In this document: one piece after another, positions 24,786-25,834 of the stretch
How positions within the stretch are numbered: position 1 is the stretch's first letter
Layout of the letters: the number at the start of each line of letters is the position of its first letter
Source: a virus
Lineage: Duplodnaviria > Caudoviricetes
Direction: 5' to 3' (one strand)
IMG/VR virus record: IMGVR_UViG_3300030372_005327
Span: 1-25,834 of that record
DNA: 25,834 nt
Made by a program: the position numbers and the translations under genes
Notes under the pieces: generated by a model
What the model saw: the letters and a program-made list of their open reading frames with translations, nothing else
Database searches by the model: none
What the model was told of the DNA's origin: nothing

Positions 24786-25031
24786 ATGAATGATCCATTT
24801 AAACTAGAATTTTGGGACAACTTCAACAACAGTCTATATTTTGATTACTTACTAAAACGTGAAGAAATGTTAAACACTTACAGAATAACTTACAAACAAT
24901 ACGCAGGAAGCGATACAAACGCACCTGTAAGCTACGCAATTAAATACTTAAAGGCATACAATAGACACGATGCAATAAACGCTTTTAAACTTTGGAAAGG
25001 ACTAATAATAAAAGTAGAACTATGCGACTAA
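24786..25031 (+). CDS. early hypothetical protein (81 aa)
   Basis: ORF track. Confidence 0.7.
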   Translation: MNDPFKLEFWDNFNNSLYFDYLLKREEMLNTYRITYKQYAGSDTNAPVSYAIKYLKAYNRHDAINAFKLWKGLIIKVELCD

Positions 25032-25084
25032 TAGAAATAATTTACTGTGCACTAATAACTTGGATATATGCTAGACTTGATTAA
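25022..25084 (+). CDS. possible 20-aa hydrophobic peptide
   Basis: MRLIEIIYCALITWIYARLD* overlaps both neighbours. Confidence 0.3.
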   Translation: MRLIEIIYCALITWIYARLD

Positions 25085-25433
25085 ACAACTAATAAAGAAA
25101 GACGGACTTGACACAGAAGCAAGACACGCACCAATAATACACCGTAGAATGTACCTGTATAACGTTATGCGTAGACACGGAATGATTTACGAAGAAATAG
25201 GCAAATACTTCAATCGTGATCACGCTACAGTAATGCACGGTGTAAGACGTTACAGGTATTTGATGGAAGTAAAAGACGAAGTTTTACTAACAGACATAGA
25301 ATACTACCAAACGTTGTTTCTACATAAAGACGGAACTAAGAAAGAATACAACCTAGAAGAAGACGTACGAAAAGCAACTACTATAGGTGGTTTAAACATA
25401 ATTAAAAGGCGTTTGGATAATAATTTGTATTAA
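25068..25433 (+). CDS. DnaA domain IV-like HTH protein
   Basis: EEIGKYFNRDHATVMHG matches the DnaA C-terminal signature IG..F.RDH.TV.H. Confidence 0.8.
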   Translation: MLDLIKQLIKKDGLDTEARHAPIIHRRMYLYNVMRRHGMIYEEIGKYFNRDHATVMHGVRRYRYLMEVKDEVLLTDIEYYQTLFLHKDGTKKEYNLEEDVRKATTIGGLNIIKRRLDNNLY

Positions 25434-25445
25434 TTCTTATATTTG
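25412..25445 (+). promoter_or_regulatory. Bacteroidota sigma70-type promoter
   Basis: TATATTTG 25438-25445; TTTG at 25412-25415 (22-nt spacer, slightly long). Confidence 0.6.
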
Positions 25446-25475
25446 CAATGTTGGTAGGACAATCAAATTTTTTTT

Positions 25476-25529
25476 AAGTGTGACGTTAGTAAGTGTTCCT
25501 ACCCACCGAAAGCGTTACACTTTTTTTTT
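25476..25529 (+). terminator. leader terminator/attenuator hairpin
   Basis: 12-bp stem AAGTGTGACGTT / AGCGTTACACTT (2 G-U) followed by T run ending 8 nt before ATG 25538. Confidence 0.7.
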
Positions 25530-25537
25530 ACAACCTT

Positions 25538-25834
25538 ATGGCAGATAACAAGAAAAGTTTTTTACTTTATTGCGACTTAATACACACGGTTCAGAAGTTG
25601 AGTGACGAACAAGCAGGTAAGTTGTTTAAGCACGTTTTAGAATACGTCAACGACTTGAACCCGGAAACAGAGGACTTACTTACAGAAGTTTGTTTCGAAC
25701 CAATTAAACAAAACTTAAAGCGTGACCTACGCAAATACGAACAGATTCGCAAGAAGAAAAGCGAAGCAGGTAAGAAAGGAATGGCTAAACGATGGGCAAA
25801 AGATAACAACGATAACACCTGTTATAAACCGATA
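25538..25834 (+). CDS. replication initiator N-terminus (DUF6291-like), partial, not in ORF track
   Basis: MADNKKSFLLYCDLIHTVQKLSDEQAGKLFKHVLEY...FEPIKQNLKRD..KY...SEAGKKG...RW; runs off the window. Confidence 0.75.
   Translation, partial: MADNKKSFLLYCDLIHTVQKLSDEQAGKLFKHVLEYVNDLNPETEDLLTEVCFEPIKQNLKRDLRKYEQIRKKKSEAGKKGMAKRWAKDNNDNTCYKPI

Noticed and set aside
1654-25818. Numerous minus-strand ORFs in the track other than the HNH gene
   Set aside because: They are antisense shadows of well-supported + strand genes, with biased F/S/L/C composition and no motifs
1-25834. Stop-codon reassignment, CRISPR array, tRNA or integrase
   Set aside because: Genes are intact under the standard code with TAA, TAG and TGA all used as stops; no repeat-spacer array, cloverleaf or recombinase motif was seen

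Overview
AT-rich segment of a tailed phage genome, almost entirely on the + strand. Siphovirus morphology is inferred: a tape measure and tail tube are present and no sheath is recognisable. The host is probably a Bacteroidota (Flavobacteria-like) bacterium, judging from TAnnTTTG promoters, A-rich start contexts without Shine-Dalgarno sites and a u-spanin. Order: end of a recombination/SSB block, phage ECF-like sigma factor, terS/terL, tail block, tape measure, protease/scaffold/capsid, tail tube, inverted HNH endonuclease, portal with MuF-like extension, adaptor, LamG fibre proteins, lysis genes, phosphoesterase, early genes and the start of a replication initiator. Best leads: (1) four exactly spaced ACA-N16-GTTATTA-N4-ATG elements suggesting leaderless late transcripts driven by the phage sigma; (2) an unannotated -1 frameshift ORF at a T9 run, with both frames open for about 92 codons, located right after terL; (3) a terminator/pseudoknot-like leader in front of the replication initiator; (4) paralogous small head-region proteins sharing an E/K-L-A/S motif that may be a protease or capsid-targeting signal. 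Family names come from motif recognition by eye, not database searches.
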